From assembly GCA_964641955.1 (NCBI GenBank), contig CAZXNM010000005.1:164066-228065 (forward strand): a stretch of DNA of 64,000 nucleotides, in the 5' to 3' direction. The position numbers and the translations under genes were made by a program. Positions 36,306 to 45,855 of the stretch are shown one piece after another; the stretch's first letter is position 1, and each line of letters begins with the position of its first letter. The DNA comes from an uncultured Planctomycetota bacterium (GTDB lineage Bacteria > Planctomycetota > SKW154 > DAOVDS01). Below the pieces are notes generated by a model. It did no database searches, was not told where the DNA came from, and was given only the letters and a program-made list of their open reading frames with translations.

Positions 36306-39300
36306 ATGTCTTCAAGCGATAAACTCTTCTTCGTTCTTCTTCTCACACTTGTAATTTCTGTCTGCCACGGCTGCGGCAATATCGATGGGCCGCAGTTTCC
36401 CTGGGTTGCGTCACCGCTTGTGACAGTATCTACGCCATCCAGTCCTGCAAGCGGCGATATACCGATTATCTACAAGCTTATCGACCGGGAGCTTGAACAG
36501 GGCACAATTACCCTCGAATACTCCACGGACGGCGGACAGACATACAACACAGCGACCCTCACCGTCCCCGGCGAAGCGACCAACCTCGCTTCCGGATGGC
36601 ATCCCGGAAAAACTCATGCCGTCCAGTGGGACTCGGTAACGGACATGGTGGGCCGCTCCGGCGCCGTGGAGGTGAAGGTGCGAATCACGCCTTCCGACGC
36701 ATCGAACCCTTCAGGTACAGCCGGTGTATCGGATACGTTTACGGTAGATAACACTGCATACAACGAAGCTCCGACCGCAACGACGGCAGCACCGGCCGGC
36801 GTGCAGTCGGGAAACGTGCAGATAAACTACTTTCTCTCCGACGTTGAAAGCGACACATGCTCCATAGAAGTGCTCTATTCCGTAAATAACGGGACAACCT
36901 GGCAGTCAGCGACAATGGGTACTGCGGGCGACGGGCTGACAGGACTCTCTTCCTCACCTGCCGGAACTGCGCATGTCTATTTCTGGGACTCTCGTGCAGA
37001 CAACGTGGCTCTCTCCGGGCAGGTTGACACGGTGAAAATCAGGGTAATTCCAACCGATTTCAATACAGGCACTGCCGGAGACACCAACTCCTTCAGCGTG
37101 GACAACTCGGTTGCGAATAACCCGCCTACTGTGACAATCGAGACAGGTCCCGCCGATAGCTCGACAGTTACGACTACGCAGGTGACGTTCACCTGGAGCG
37201 GTTCTGATACCGATGGAAGCGTTATCGGTTATTATTACTCGTTCGACCACGACCCGCCGGATATGTGGACGACGAACACGACAGCCACCTCGTTGCCTCT
37301 GACAGAAGGCCTCCACATCTTCCGGGTAGTCGCCATGGATAACGACAGCGATTTGTCAACAGTCGCCTCGCGGACGTTTACGGTTTCAATACCGGGTACG
37401 ATAACAGCGGATTTCATCGGCACGCCGCTTACGGGCGAAGCGCCGCTCACGGTGGATTTTACCGACCTCTCGACAGCGACGAACGGGATTGACACGTGGT
37501 CGTGGGACTTCGGGAACGGCGACACGAGCACCGAGCAGCACCCGTCCTGCATTTACGACGATGCCGGAAGCTACACGGTGTCGCTCACCGTCACCGGCCC
37601 CGACGGGGAGGACACGGAGACAAAGACAACTTACATAACGGTGGTAGGCGAGCACACTGAGGGAACGATTTACGTGGATGACTCCGGAGGTCTTGACAGC
37701 AACAACGGCCTGAGCTGGGTCACGGCTGTGAAGACGATACAGACCGGCCTCGACAAGGCTTCCGACAACTGGACAGTCTTTGTCGCAAACGGGACATACA
37801 CCGGCACAACCAACAAGAACCTGGATTTTGCAGGTAAGGCGATACATCTTAAATCTGTCGGCGGCGCGTCCAACTGTGTCATAGACTGCGAGAACGACGG
37901 TCGGGGTTTCTACTTCCACAGTGGTGAAACAAACGCCGCTATCGTCGAAGGTCTGACTGTCAAGAATGGGGGACTTGTTGATGGTTACGGAGCCGGTATT
38001 CTGTGCAAAGACTCGAGTTCGCCAATAATACGTGACTGCGCAATAGAAAATTGTCACGCAGTTTCCATGTCCTGGGTAATTGAGGGAGGCGGCATTTCCT
38101 GCATGTATGATTCGAGCCCATCCCTAATCAGGTGTACCATTGCGGGCAACTCCGCTGGTCATTGGGGTGGCGGTCTTTGTTGTTTAGACAATTGCAGTCC
38201 AGCCGTAACTGATTGCACCATAGCCGGTAACTCAGCGCAGTGGGGCGGCGGTATTAGCTGTGATAACCAGTCTAATCCGGTGATAAGTGACTGCACGGTA
38301 GAAGACAATTCGGCAGATGACTGGGGTGGTGGGATTCTGTGCCGACGAACCAGCGAGCTTTCAATAGCCAACTGCACGATAAGAAACAACTGGGCCGGCA
38401 ATTATGGAGGTGGAATTTTTGCTGACTACTTCAATGCTACAATCCTTTGCTGCATCATAACTGGAAACAGGGCTGATTCCATGGGCGGAGGCATATACTG
38501 CGACGCATCGGATTTCGCATTGGTAAATTGTGTAATAGCGGGTAATTCCTCGGTGGATGGAGGTTGCATTCACTTCGAAAACAGCGACAACCCAACGATC
38601 ACCAATTGCACGTTAGCAGGCAACACGGCGGACTGGTATGGTGGCGGTATCAGCGCCTATAACTCTTATCCGATCCTGGGCAACTGCATCCTGTGGGCTA
38701 ATACGGCCACTAATGATGGTAATGAAATCTTCACGCTTGCAAGTGGCATGACCATCACATTGAACTATTGTGACTACGCTGACAACACTTTGAATTCACA
38801 CAATATTTCTGGTTTCGGTGATGTTCTTGAACAGGGCATTTGCATTCACTTAGACCCGCAGTTTTTGAACGCAGCCGCGCAGGATTATCACCTTCAAGCG
38901 GGTTCACCATGCATCGATGCCGGCGACAACTCCCTGGTACCGTCGGGCGTTACGACCGACTTCGACGGCTGCGCGCGGATATTCAACGACATTGTTGACA
39001 TAGGCCCGCTTGAGTACGGCTCGTCCCATCCCTATGACCTGATTGAGCTTATCAACATAGACCGCGCCGTGGCTGGCGCGCCGCCGCTTGCGTGGAACGA
39101 AGCCTGGTCCACCGCATGTACAGGCCATTCGGAGCAGGTTTACATCGGCGAGCGCAATGGTACAATCGTACAGGTGGACCCCGCCCTCGTTACCTGGTAC
39201 AACAGCGACGACTCGCAGAAGCGCCAGCTCATGGACTTCGATGGCAGCCCCGCGACCGGGTATTTCATCAGTGCCACGGCGATGGCCTTCGGCACGCATG

Positions 39301-39434
39301 TTGACTCCCTCGCCGATTTCCATGACGCGCTGATGGCAAACTTCAGCGAATACCTTCTCGACCCGGCGGTAACGGACTTTGGCTGCGGAAGCTGCGGAGA
39401 TGTCTGGGAAGCAATGTGGACCTACAACCCGTAA
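36306..39434 (+). CDS. secreted multidomain protein: Asp-box/Ig-like repeats + PKD domain + right-handed parallel beta-helix (PbH1) repeats + C-terminal domain
   Basis: Start at ATG 36306 with GGGAGGAA RBS (the ORF-track TTG extension is rejected). Signal peptide. SxDxGxTW-like motifs. PKD motif ...WDFGNGDTSTEQHP..Y...G.YTVSLTV. Many C.I.GNSA..GGGI beta-helix repeats. Confidence 0.7.
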   Translation: MSSSDKLFFVLLLTLVISVCHGCGNIDGPQFPWVASPLVTVSTPSSPASGDIPIIYKLIDRELEQGTITLEYSTDGGQTYNTATLTVPGEATNLASGWHPGKTHAVQWDSVTDMVGRSGAVEVKVRITPSDASNPSGTAGVSDTFTVDNTAYNEAPTATTAAPAGVQSGNVQINYFLSDVESDTCSIEVLYSVNNGTTWQSATMGTAGDGLTGLSSSPAGTAHVYFWDSRADNVALSGQVDTVKIRVIPTDFNTGTAGDTNSFSVDNSVANNPPTVTIETGPADSSTVTTTQVTFTWSGSDTDGSVIGYYYSFDHDPPDMWTTNTTATSLPLTEGLHIFRVVAMDNDSDLSTVASRTFTVSIPGTITADFIGTPLTGEAPLTVDFTDLSTATNGIDTWSWDFGNGDTSTEQHPSCIYDDAGSYTVSLTVTGPDGEDTETKTTYITVVGEHTEGTIYVDDSGGLDSNNGLSWVTAVKTIQTGLDKASDNWTVFVANGTYTGTTNKNLDFAGKAIHLKSVGGASNCVIDCENDGRGFYFHSGETNAAIVEGLTVKNGGLVDGYGAGILCKDSSSPIIRDCAIENCHAVSMSWVIEGGGISCMYDSSPSLIRCTIAGNSAGHWGGGLCCLDNCSPAVTDCTIAGNSAQWGGGISCDNQSNPVISDCTVEDNSADDWGGGILCRRTSELSIANCTIRNNWAGNYGGGIFADYFNATILCCIITGNRADSMGGGIYCDASDFALVNCVIAGNSSVDGGCIHFENSDNPTITNCTLAGNTADWYGGGISAYNSYPILGNCILWANTATNDGNEIFTLASGMTITLNYCDYADNTLNSHNISGFGDVLEQGICIHLDPQFLNAAAQDYHLQAGSPCIDAGDNSLVPSGVTTDFDGCARIFNDIVDIGPLEYGSSHPYDLIELINIDRAVAGAPPLAWNEAWSTACTGHSEQVYIGERNGTIVQVDPALVTWYNSDDSQKRQLMDFDGSPATGYFISATAMAFGTHVDSLADFHDALMANFSEYLLDPAVTDFGCGSCGDVWEAMWTYNP

Positions 39435-39687
39435 GCATCCCCCGCAATGCCCCGCGGGATGCGCTGTGTTCTCCTTTTCCTGCGGCGGGATGGCGGCAGG
39501 GCAATGTTGGCTCAAAATCCGGGCTTGAGACTTGCATTCTTCCCGGTGCAGGGTATACTACCTCAGTGTTCTGCCGGCGTATGTATTGACGAAAGACGGC
39601 AAGGGATGCGGGCGCCCGGGCGTCTTATTTGACAGAGGGTTGGTCGGGGACGCCGGGATGTCCAGCGGTTGTTTGACATGCGGGAAC

Positions 39688-39763
39688 GGGCGGTTAACTC
39701 AGCGGCTAGAGTGCCATCCTCACACGGTGGAAGTCAGTGGTTCGAATCCACTACCGCCCACCA
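39688..39763 (+). tRNA. tRNA-Val (anticodon CAC), CCA encoded
   Basis: Cloverleaf by hand: acceptor GGGCGGT/ACCGCCC, D stem ACTC/GAGT, anticodon stem CCATC/GGTGG with loop CTCACAC, T arm AGTGG-TTCGAAT-CCACT, discriminator A plus CCA. 76 nt. Confidence 0.85.
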
Positions 39764-39833
39764 TTTTGCTTCGGGCAAAATGGTAGAGCAGGGGGGGCTG
39801 TTGTTTTGTCTCCTGCTCTACTGTTCTGAATAT

Positions 39834-39906
39834 GGGGCCGTAGCTCAGTTGGGAGAGCGCCGCGTTCGCACTGCGGAGGTAGTGGGTTCGAACCCCATCG
39901 GCTCCA
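39834..39906 (+). tRNA. tRNA-Ala (anticodon CGC), G3:U70 identity pair present
   Basis: Acceptor GGGGCCG/CGGCTCC with a G3-U70 wobble, D arm GCTC-AGTTGGGA-GAGC, anticodon loop TTCGCAC, T arm GTGGG-TTCGAAC-CCCAT. 73 nt, no encoded CCA. Confidence 0.85.
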
Positions 39907-39932
39907 TTTTTTCTCGCCACGGCGAGAAAAAA
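39907..39932. terminator. bidirectional intrinsic terminator
   Basis: TTTTTT-CTCGCC-ac-GGCGAG-AAAAAA, a perfect hairpin flanked by T and A runs directly after tRNA-Ala. Confidence 0.8.
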
Positions 39933-40091
39933 TAGAAAGGAGAAAGGAGTAAGTAGAAAGTAGTAAGTAGAAAGTAGAGCAAACCGCGGCTAACGCCGCG
40001 TCCGAGGAAAGAACCTCCACATACCTGAATAGCTTTTCTCCTTGGTCTACTTACTACTCACTACTTTCTGATAAACAAAGCGGAACATGCT

Positions 40092-40454
40092 ATGGCCTTT
40101 GCCTTCGAGAAGCTTCTCGTCTATCAGAAGGCCGTCGATTTTGCCGACACCATATCAAAGCTCACCGAGCAATTTCCGAGAGGATATTCTTATCTCGCTA
40201 ACCAGTTAAACAGAGCCTCCTTGTCTATCGCCGCCAACATTGCCGAAGGCAACGGCCGCTTCACGAAGGCAGACCGGAGGAACTTCTTCTTCATCGCGCG
40301 AGGGTCTGTTCAGGAGTGCATCCCGCTGCTGGAGCTTGCTAAAAGACGCCACCTTGTTAGCGGTAGCGTGCAGCAGCAACTCAAGTCTCGACTCGAAGAA
40401 ATAGCCAAAATGCTGTCCGGATTGATAAAAGGCATCGACAAGCGTAAGATATGA
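40092..40454 (+). CDS. four-helix-bundle protein (23S rRNA intervening-sequence protein / bAvd-like family)
   Basis: LVYQKAVDFADTISKLTEQFP..Y.LANQLNRASLSIAANIAEGNGRFTKADRRNFFFIARGSVQE matches the conserved core of the IVS-protein/Avd family. 120 aa. Confidence 0.75.
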   Translation: MAFAFEKLLVYQKAVDFADTISKLTEQFPRGYSYLANQLNRASLSIAANIAEGNGRFTKADRRNFFFIARGSVQECIPLLELAKRRHLVSGSVQQQLKSRLEEIAKMLSGLIKGIDKRKI

Positions 40455-41104
40455 AGCAGACGGCCCGCTTGCCTATGGAAGATGATTCGCAGAATGAGCT
40501 TAAGCCCAAATGGAAGGAACTCCTGTATCCTGTGGTAATAGGATTGGGTGTTGGTGCCGGCGGGTTCTGTGTCATGCTGGCTGGATACGGTGTTCTGTTC
40601 TATTACCTGTGGGTCTTCATATTGCCGTTTATCGCAGTCATCAGCCTCCTGTCCCGCCCTCGTTCTTTTCGAGCCTTTCTCATCAGATTTAGCCTTATCG
40701 CGGTCCTGGGGGCCGTCCTGACGGGCCTGGGGCTCGGGTTGCTGATTATAAAGAAGTGGTCAGTCTGCAGTGACCTCAACTCGATAATCTCCGAATTGGA
40801 GGACTATCGCACGGCAAACGGAGCATATCCGCCCGGCCTGTCTGCCGTGCACAAGCCCAACCGCCTGAAAATCGGCGAAGGACGGACAACAAGGGAGGGG
40901 ATTAACCTCGAAGGATGCAGCGACTATGATGCCGTTTTCTATCTCTCGCCGGACGAATTCCTGTGCATCGTGCCGATTACGAAGATGCTCCCTATGGTCT
41001 TCACGCGGGTCTACATTTACCGGTGGTCAACCAGTGAGCCGCGTTGGAGGTCGGAGAAGCTTGTCTGGTCTCTGGGCGTAAGCGAAGAAACTCCAGACAA
41101 GTGA
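40451..41104 (+). CDS. hypothetical membrane protein (3-4 TM) translationally coupled to the four-helix-bundle gene
   Basis: ATGA overlap with the upstream stop. Hydrophobic segments VVIGLGVGAGGFCVMLAGYGVLFYYLWVFILPFIAVISLL and LIAVLGAVLTGLGLGLLII. Confidence 0.5.
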   Translation: MKQTARLPMEDDSQNELKPKWKELLYPVVIGLGVGAGGFCVMLAGYGVLFYYLWVFILPFIAVISLLSRPRSFRAFLIRFSLIAVLGAVLTGLGLGLLIIKKWSVCSDLNSIISELEDYRTANGAYPPGLSAVHKPNRLKIGEGRTTREGINLEGCSDYDAVFYLSPDEFLCIVPITKMLPMVFTRVYIYRWSTSEPRWRSEKLVWSLGVSEETPDK

Positions 41105-41117
41105 TAAGCCCTGCCTG

Positions 41118-43112
41118 CTAAAACCTGTGCGCCAGTATCTTCTCCACAACCGCTTCGGGCGTGAAGCCGAGCTCGGATGCAATCTGCTTGTAGGGCGCCG
41201 AGAGACCGAACCGGTCGATGCCTATAACCAGCCCGCGCTCCCCGACGTAGCGCTCCCATCCCTGCGTCGCGCCCGCCTCGATTGCCACACGTTTCGGGCA
41301 CTCCGGCGGGATGACGCTGTTCCTGTAGTCCTCGCTCTGCTGCTCGAACATCTCCCACGACGGCATGCTCACGACCCGGACCTTGCGGCCTTTCTCTTTG
41401 AGCTTCGCCTTCGCGGTTAGCGCCAGCGCGACCTCCGACCCGCTCGCGACAAGCACGGTGTCCGGTTTCCCGTCGCAGTCGGCCAGCACGTAGGCCCCCT
41501 TGAGCAGTCCTTCAGCGGAAGCGAGAGAAGCGTGGTCTATCGCGGGCAGCTTCTGCCTCGTGAGGATGAGCGCGGTCGGCCCGTCCTTGCGATGCAGCGC
41601 GTACGACCACGCATAAGCCGTCTCGGGTCCGTCCGCCGGACGGATTACCGTCAGGTTCGGCATGGCGCGAAGGCTCGCGACGTGCTCGACTGGCTGGTGC
41701 GTCGGGCCATCCTCGCCGAGGAAGACCGAGTCGTGGGTGAAGACGTAGACCGCCTGGACGCCGCTCAGCGCGGCCATGCGGATTGCCGGCCTCATGTAGT
41801 CGGAGAACACGAGGAAAGTTCCGCCGTAGGGGATAATTCCCCCGAAATGGGCCATGCCGTTCATGAGCGAGCCCATGCCGTGCTCGCGAACGCCGAAGTG
41901 GAAGTTGCGCCCCTCCGGCGAATCCTTCTGGAAGACCGGGTAGTCGTTCAGGAAAGTATTGTTCGAGGGCGTCAGGTCCGCCGAGCCGCCCATGAGCCCC
42001 GGCACGAGACGCGCTGCCGCCTGCAAGACCTTGCCGGACGCCTTGCGCGTTGCTACCTCGTCCGCCGGCGCGGCGGCGAGAAGCTGCTCTTCGAGGTCAT
42101 CCGGGAGCTCCCCGTTCCAGATTTTGCGCCACATTGCCGCATCTTCCGCCGGCATCTCCTGAAGCTGCCGCGACCACTCTTCGCGGACGGCGCCAAGCTC
42201 TTCGGCGCGCTTCGCGAACATCTCCCTGACATCTTCGGGCACGAGGAACGCCGGCTCCACCAGCCAATCGAGGTTCTCCTTAGTCGCCTTCACCTCGTCC
42301 TCGCCCAGCGGCGAGCCGTGCGAGGAGGACTTGTCCTGCTTGTTCGGGCTGCCGAACGCGATATGCGTCCTGCCCATGATTATCGAGGGGCGCCCGGTTT
42401 CGGCAATTGCCGCCTCGAACGCCTTCTCCAGTGCTGTACGGTCGTGCCCGTCCACCGTCTGCACGTGCCAGCCGTAAGCCTCGAACCGCCTGACCCTGTC
42501 CTCCGTAAACGTCAAATCTGTCGGGCCATCTATGGAGATTTTGTTGTCATCATAGAAATAGATGATGTTGCCCAGCCCCAAATGCCCCGCCAGCGACGCC
42601 GCCTCGGAGGCGACGCCCTCCATGAGGTCGCCGTCCGAGCATATTGCGAAGATTCGCGGGTTCACAAGCTCGCGCCCGGCCTTGTTGAAGACCGAGCCGA
42701 GGTGCTTCGCCGCTATGGCCATGCCCACGCCGTTCGCGAACCCCTGGCCCAGCGGCCCCGTCGTCACCTCCACGCCCGGCATGCAGCCGTACTCGGGGTG
42801 CCCGGCCGCCTTGCAGTGAAGCTGCCGGAAGTCCTTCAGCTCATCGAGAGAAATGCCATATCCACATAAATGCAGCATGGCGTACAGCAGCGCCGAACCG
42901 TGCCCCGCCGATAACACGAACCTGTCCCTGTTGGGCCAGTCCGGCTCCTTCGGGTCGAAGCGCATGAACTTCATCCACATGACGTAAGCCGCATCGGCGC
43001 ACCCCATCGGCATGCCGGGATGCCCCGAATTCGCCTTCTGCACCATGTCAACGGAAAGGAAGCGGATTGTGTTTACTGCCTTCTGCTCGAGTTCCGGGTC
43101 AACTTCCAACAA
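41118..43112 (-). CDS. tkt: transketolase
   Basis: 664 aa with a TPP-binding N-terminus (...[17 protein letters not shown]..., GDG...EG motif), plus pyrimidine-binding and C-terminal domains. Confidence 0.9.
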   Translation of the reverse strand: MLEVDPELEQKAVNTIRFLSVDMVQKANSGHPGMPMGCADAAYVMWMKFMRFDPKEPDWPNRDRFVLSAGHGSALLYAMLHLCGYGISLDELKDFRQLHCKAAGHPEYGCMPGVEVTTGPLGQGFANGVGMAIAAKHLGSVFNKAGRELVNPRIFAICSDGDLMEGVASEAASLAGHLGLGNIIYFYDDNKISIDGPTDLTFTEDRVRRFEAYGWHVQTVDGHDRTALEKAFEAAIAETGRPSIIMGRTHIAFGSPNKQDKSSSHGSPLGEDEVKATKENLDWLVEPAFLVPEDVREMFAKRAEELGAVREEWSRQLQEMPAEDAAMWRKIWNGELPDDLEEQLLAAAPADEVATRKASGKVLQAAARLVPGLMGGSADLTPSNNTFLNDYPVFQKDSPEGRNFHFGVREHGMGSLMNGMAHFGGIIPYGGTFLVFSDYMRPAIRMAALSGVQAVYVFTHDSVFLGEDGPTHQPVEHVASLRAMPNLTVIRPADGPETAYAWSYALHRKDGPTALILTRQKLPAIDHASLASAEGLLKGAYVLADCDGKPDTVLVASGSEVALALTAKAKLKEKGRKVRVVSMPSWEMFEQQSEDYRNSVIPPECPKRVAIEAGATQGWERYVGERGLVIGIDRFGLSAPYKQIASELGFTPEAVVEKILAHRF

Positions 43113-43133
43113 CTGCGCACCTCACATTCCATG

Positions 43134-44360
43134 CTACAGAAACGAGCGAATCCTGTCATCCAGCGCGCGCTGGTCCGTCGCGAACGAGTGCAGCGCCGAC
43201 TCCGTCATCAAGTCGTCGAGCGCGATATCCTCCGGCCAGTCGCCGAGCCTGGGCATCTTGCCCTTCTCGGTTATCCGGGCGACCTCCTCGTCGCTGAAGC
43301 GGCGCAGGAAGTTAAGTCCCGCTTCCCGGGCATTCTCGACCAGCATCGCGGGCGTAAGCTCCGCAGGGCCGACCGCACCGAGCGCGCCGGCGTATTCCTT
43401 GAACTCGTCGCTTACTTCCCAGAGCAGGCTGACCCTGTCCAGGCCTTCCGAGACGCCCGGCTCAAGCTGCGCATTGACGCCGCTTGCCATGCAGTCCGGC
43501 GGCGGGTTGGCGTCGTAGAACTCCTTGACGGCCTTGGGCGGGATTGTCATGACATCCACCCCGGCGAGGTCGTAGACCTGCTGGCCGGAGCGCATGCTCG
43601 CGGCAATCAGCTTCGTCCCGCAGGCCGCCTCCCGCCCGCGCGCCTCGCGCATGGCGTGCTGCGCCGCGAGCGTCGCCTTCTCGCCGACGTATTCGCCGCT
43701 CCCCAGCCCGTTCTCCTTGACGACCTGGTTAAGCCGCCCGAGAAAAACGTTCGAGTAGGCGGGGCGCGACAGCAGCGCCGCGAGGTAGTTCTGACGCGCC
43801 GAGAACGCTATCGTGAAGTTCACCGGCACGCCCGCCTCGCCCAGCCGCCGCGCCGCCACGTAACCCGCGGGCGTAAGAGGAACCTTGAGATAGAAAAACT
43901 CGGGCGCAACCTCGTAGTAGCGCTTCCCGTACTCGACCGAGGCGTCCGCGTCGTGCGCGAAGTCCGGGTGCAGCTCGACGCTCACCATGCAGCCAAGCTC
44001 CTTAACCAGGCTCAGCGCAATCCGGCAGTTCACCGCGAATCCCACCTCGTAGAGCATCTCGCGCTCGCCGAGTCCGGGGAGCGCGGACCTGAGCCCGTCC
44101 ACGATGCGCTTGATGTCGGCATCCATGCGGCCCGTCTGGATTACTTGGTTTGCCAGAGTGTTGTTGGTGGTGCAGGCGGTGAACTCGGCCCGCCACAGCG
44201 GGCGCGCGGCCTCGATGTCGCCCGTGTCTATCCAGAGCTCCGTGCCCAGCTCGCGCAGCTTCGCAAGCCCCGCGTGCGAAGGCGCATCCGGCGTGCCCGG
44301 TCCCTCGAACCCCTCGAGCGCAATATCCCTCGCTGCCGCGGCTCCCGTGGCGTCGGCCAT
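43134..44360 (-). CDS. tal: transaldolase-family protein (long form)
   Basis: ELWIDTGDIEAA... and other transaldolase TIM-barrel motifs. Adjacent to tkt. Confidence 0.7.
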   Translation of the reverse strand: MADATGAAAARDIALEGFEGPGTPDAPSHAGLAKLRELGTELWIDTGDIEAARPLWRAEFTACTTNNTLANQVIQTGRMDADIKRIVDGLRSALPGLGEREMLYEVGFAVNCRIALSLVKELGCMVSVELHPDFAHDADASVEYGKRYYEVAPEFFYLKVPLTPAGYVAARRLGEAGVPVNFTIAFSARQNYLAALLSRPAYSNVFLGRLNQVVKENGLGSGEYVGEKATLAAQHAMREARGREAACGTKLIAASMRSGQQVYDLAGVDVMTIPPKAVKEFYDANPPPDCMASGVNAQLEPGVSEGLDRVSLLWEVSDEFKEYAGALGAVGPAELTPAMLVENAREAGLNFLRRFSDEEVARITEKGKMPRLGDWPEDIALDDLMTESALHSFATDQRALDDRIRSFL

Positions 44361-44442
44361 TGGTCTCTCCCCTCTGTCGAAATGATTCAGGCGAATGGTC
44401 AGAAGCAGGCATTATAGCAGCAGCAGTGCCGCCATCAAGATG

Positions 44443-44495
44443 TCATCGAAAAAACAGAACAAACGGCCCCCGGTCACAGCGGCAGCCGGGGGCGT
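44443..44495 (-). terminator. rho-independent terminator downstream of mop
   Basis: Minus-strand hairpin GCCCCCGGctgccgctgtgaCCGGGGGC followed by GTTCTGTTTTTT. Confidence 0.65.
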
Positions 44496-44521
44496 TTCGT
44501 TTCATTCAGTGGGAGAGAGGC

Positions 44522-44731
44522 TCAGTCCACGGCGATTATAACGTTGGAAGCCTTGATAATCGCGTTGGCTTCCGTTCCGACCTTCAGTCCGAGCCTTTCG
44601 ACCGAGTTCTTGGTGATAATAGAGACTATCTCGATGCCGTTGGGCAGCTCTATCACGACCTCGGCGTTCACGGCGCCGATATCGATTTTCTTGACCTTGC
44701 CCTTAATCATGTTCCTGGCGCTTACCTTCAC
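44522..44731 (-). CDS. molybdopterin/tungstate-binding Mop (TOBE, molbindin) single-domain protein
   Basis: 69 aa; N-terminal MKVSARNMIKGKVKKI... is typical of Mop/TOBE proteins. Confidence 0.7.
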   Translation of the reverse strand: MKVSARNMIKGKVKKIDIGAVNAEVVIELPNGIEIVSIITKNSVERLGLKVGTEANAIIKASNVIIAVD

Positions 44732-44780
44732 TGCAAACCTCCATAAATTGTCGAAACCGGGCGCAAAGCCCGGGTCTTCG

Positions 44781-45650
44781 CTACTTGCCCGGCACGGCGT
44801 CGGGGTAGAAGAGCACCTCGCCGTCCTTCTTGAAGTCGCCGATGAGCTTCTGGCCCGCTTTCGAGGTGAGCCACTCGATGAACTTCATCGCCTCGTCGTA
44901 CTTGACGTGCGCGTGCTTCTTCGGGTTGACCGCGATGACGCCGTACGGGTTGAAGAGCCGCTCGTCGCCCTCGACCAGTACGGGCAGGTCTATCTTGCCC
45001 CTGAAGGCTATGTAGGTGCCCCTGTCGGTAATGGTGTAGGCCCGCTTCTCGTTGGCGATGTTCAGGACCGCGCCCATGCCCTGGCCGGCGCTCATGTACC
45101 ATTCGCCCGAGGGCTCGACGCCCGCGGCCTGCCACAGCGTCTGCTCCTTCTTGTGCGTGCCGGAGTCATCGCCGCGGGATACGAATGAGCCGCCGCTCTC
45201 GGAGAGTTTCTTGAGCGCTTCCGCGGCGTCCGACATGCCCTTGATGCCGGCCGGGTCCTCTTCGGGCCCGATGATTACGAAGTCGTTGTGCATGACATCG
45301 CGCCTGTTCACGCCGAACCCGTCGGCGACGAACTTGTCCTCGGCCGCGCGCGCGTGTACGAGGATTACATCGACATCGCCGTTCTCGCCGAGCTTTATCG
45401 CCGCGCCCGTTCCGACCGCGATGACCTTGACCTCTATGTCCTCTTCCTCCTTGAACGCGGGCAGCAGCGCGGCAAGCAGCCCCGAGTTGTCCGTGCTCGT
45501 CGTTGTGGCCAGCTTGATACTTTCGGCCTGTTTCTCGGGCTCGCCTCCGGCCGGCTTTGCAACCGGCTTCGACGAGTCGGAACATGCCCCGGCAAGGACT
45601 ACGAGAACGAAAACCGTGACGAGACCGATTAACATTTTCTTCTTCTGCAT
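44781..45650 (-). CDS. tupA: tungstate/molybdate ABC transporter substrate-binding lipoprotein (TupA/WtpA-like)
   Basis: Lipobox LAGAC. Motifs LATTTSTDNSGLL, ...ILVHARAAEDKFV..., FVSRGDDSGTHKKE are characteristic of TupA-type oxyanion binding proteins. Confidence 0.75.
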   Translation of the reverse strand: MQKKKMLIGLVTVFVLVVLAGACSDSSKPVAKPAGGEPEKQAESIKLATTTSTDNSGLLAALLPAFKEEEDIEVKVIAVGTGAAIKLGENGDVDVILVHARAAEDKFVADGFGVNRRDVMHNDFVIIGPEEDPAGIKGMSDAAEALKKLSESGGSFVSRGDDSGTHKKEQTLWQAAGVEPSGEWYMSAGQGMGAVLNIANEKRAYTITDRGTYIAFRGKIDLPVLVEGDERLFNPYGVIAVNPKKHAHVKYDEAMKFIEWLTSKAGQKLIGDFKKDGEVLFYPDAVPGK

Positions 45651-45803
45651 GATTCGCTCCCTCCCGAATTAACGACCGGCTGTATTGTTTATATCGTTTC
45701 CGATATAAAATCAACCGAAAAGATGAAATTCACGCCGATACAGAATACGACTGCTGCACAGGCGTGAGAATTGTGAGTAGACAGTAGAATGTGGAGCACA
45801 CAG

Positions 45804-45855
45804 CCGGAACGTGTATATGCGAATATGTTAACATATTCGCATATACACGTTCCGG
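45804..45855. repeat. 52-bp perfect palindrome centred on GTTAAC, nested inside longer imperfect inverted repeats (45775-45952)
   Basis: CCGGAACGTGTATATGCGAATATGTTAACATATTCGCATATACACGTTCCGG is identical to its reverse complement. It is flanked by GTGGAGC/GCTCCAC, and further out by GTAGACAGTAG (45777-45787) / TACTGTCTAC (45933-45942). Confidence 0.9.

Noticed and set aside
39934-40075. Possible CRISPR array or DGR near the bAvd-like gene
   Set aside because: There are only two direct 14-mer copies plus an inverted arm, with no regular repeat-spacer array and no cas genes. No reverse transcriptase or template/variable repeat pair was found, so it is not a canonical DGR.
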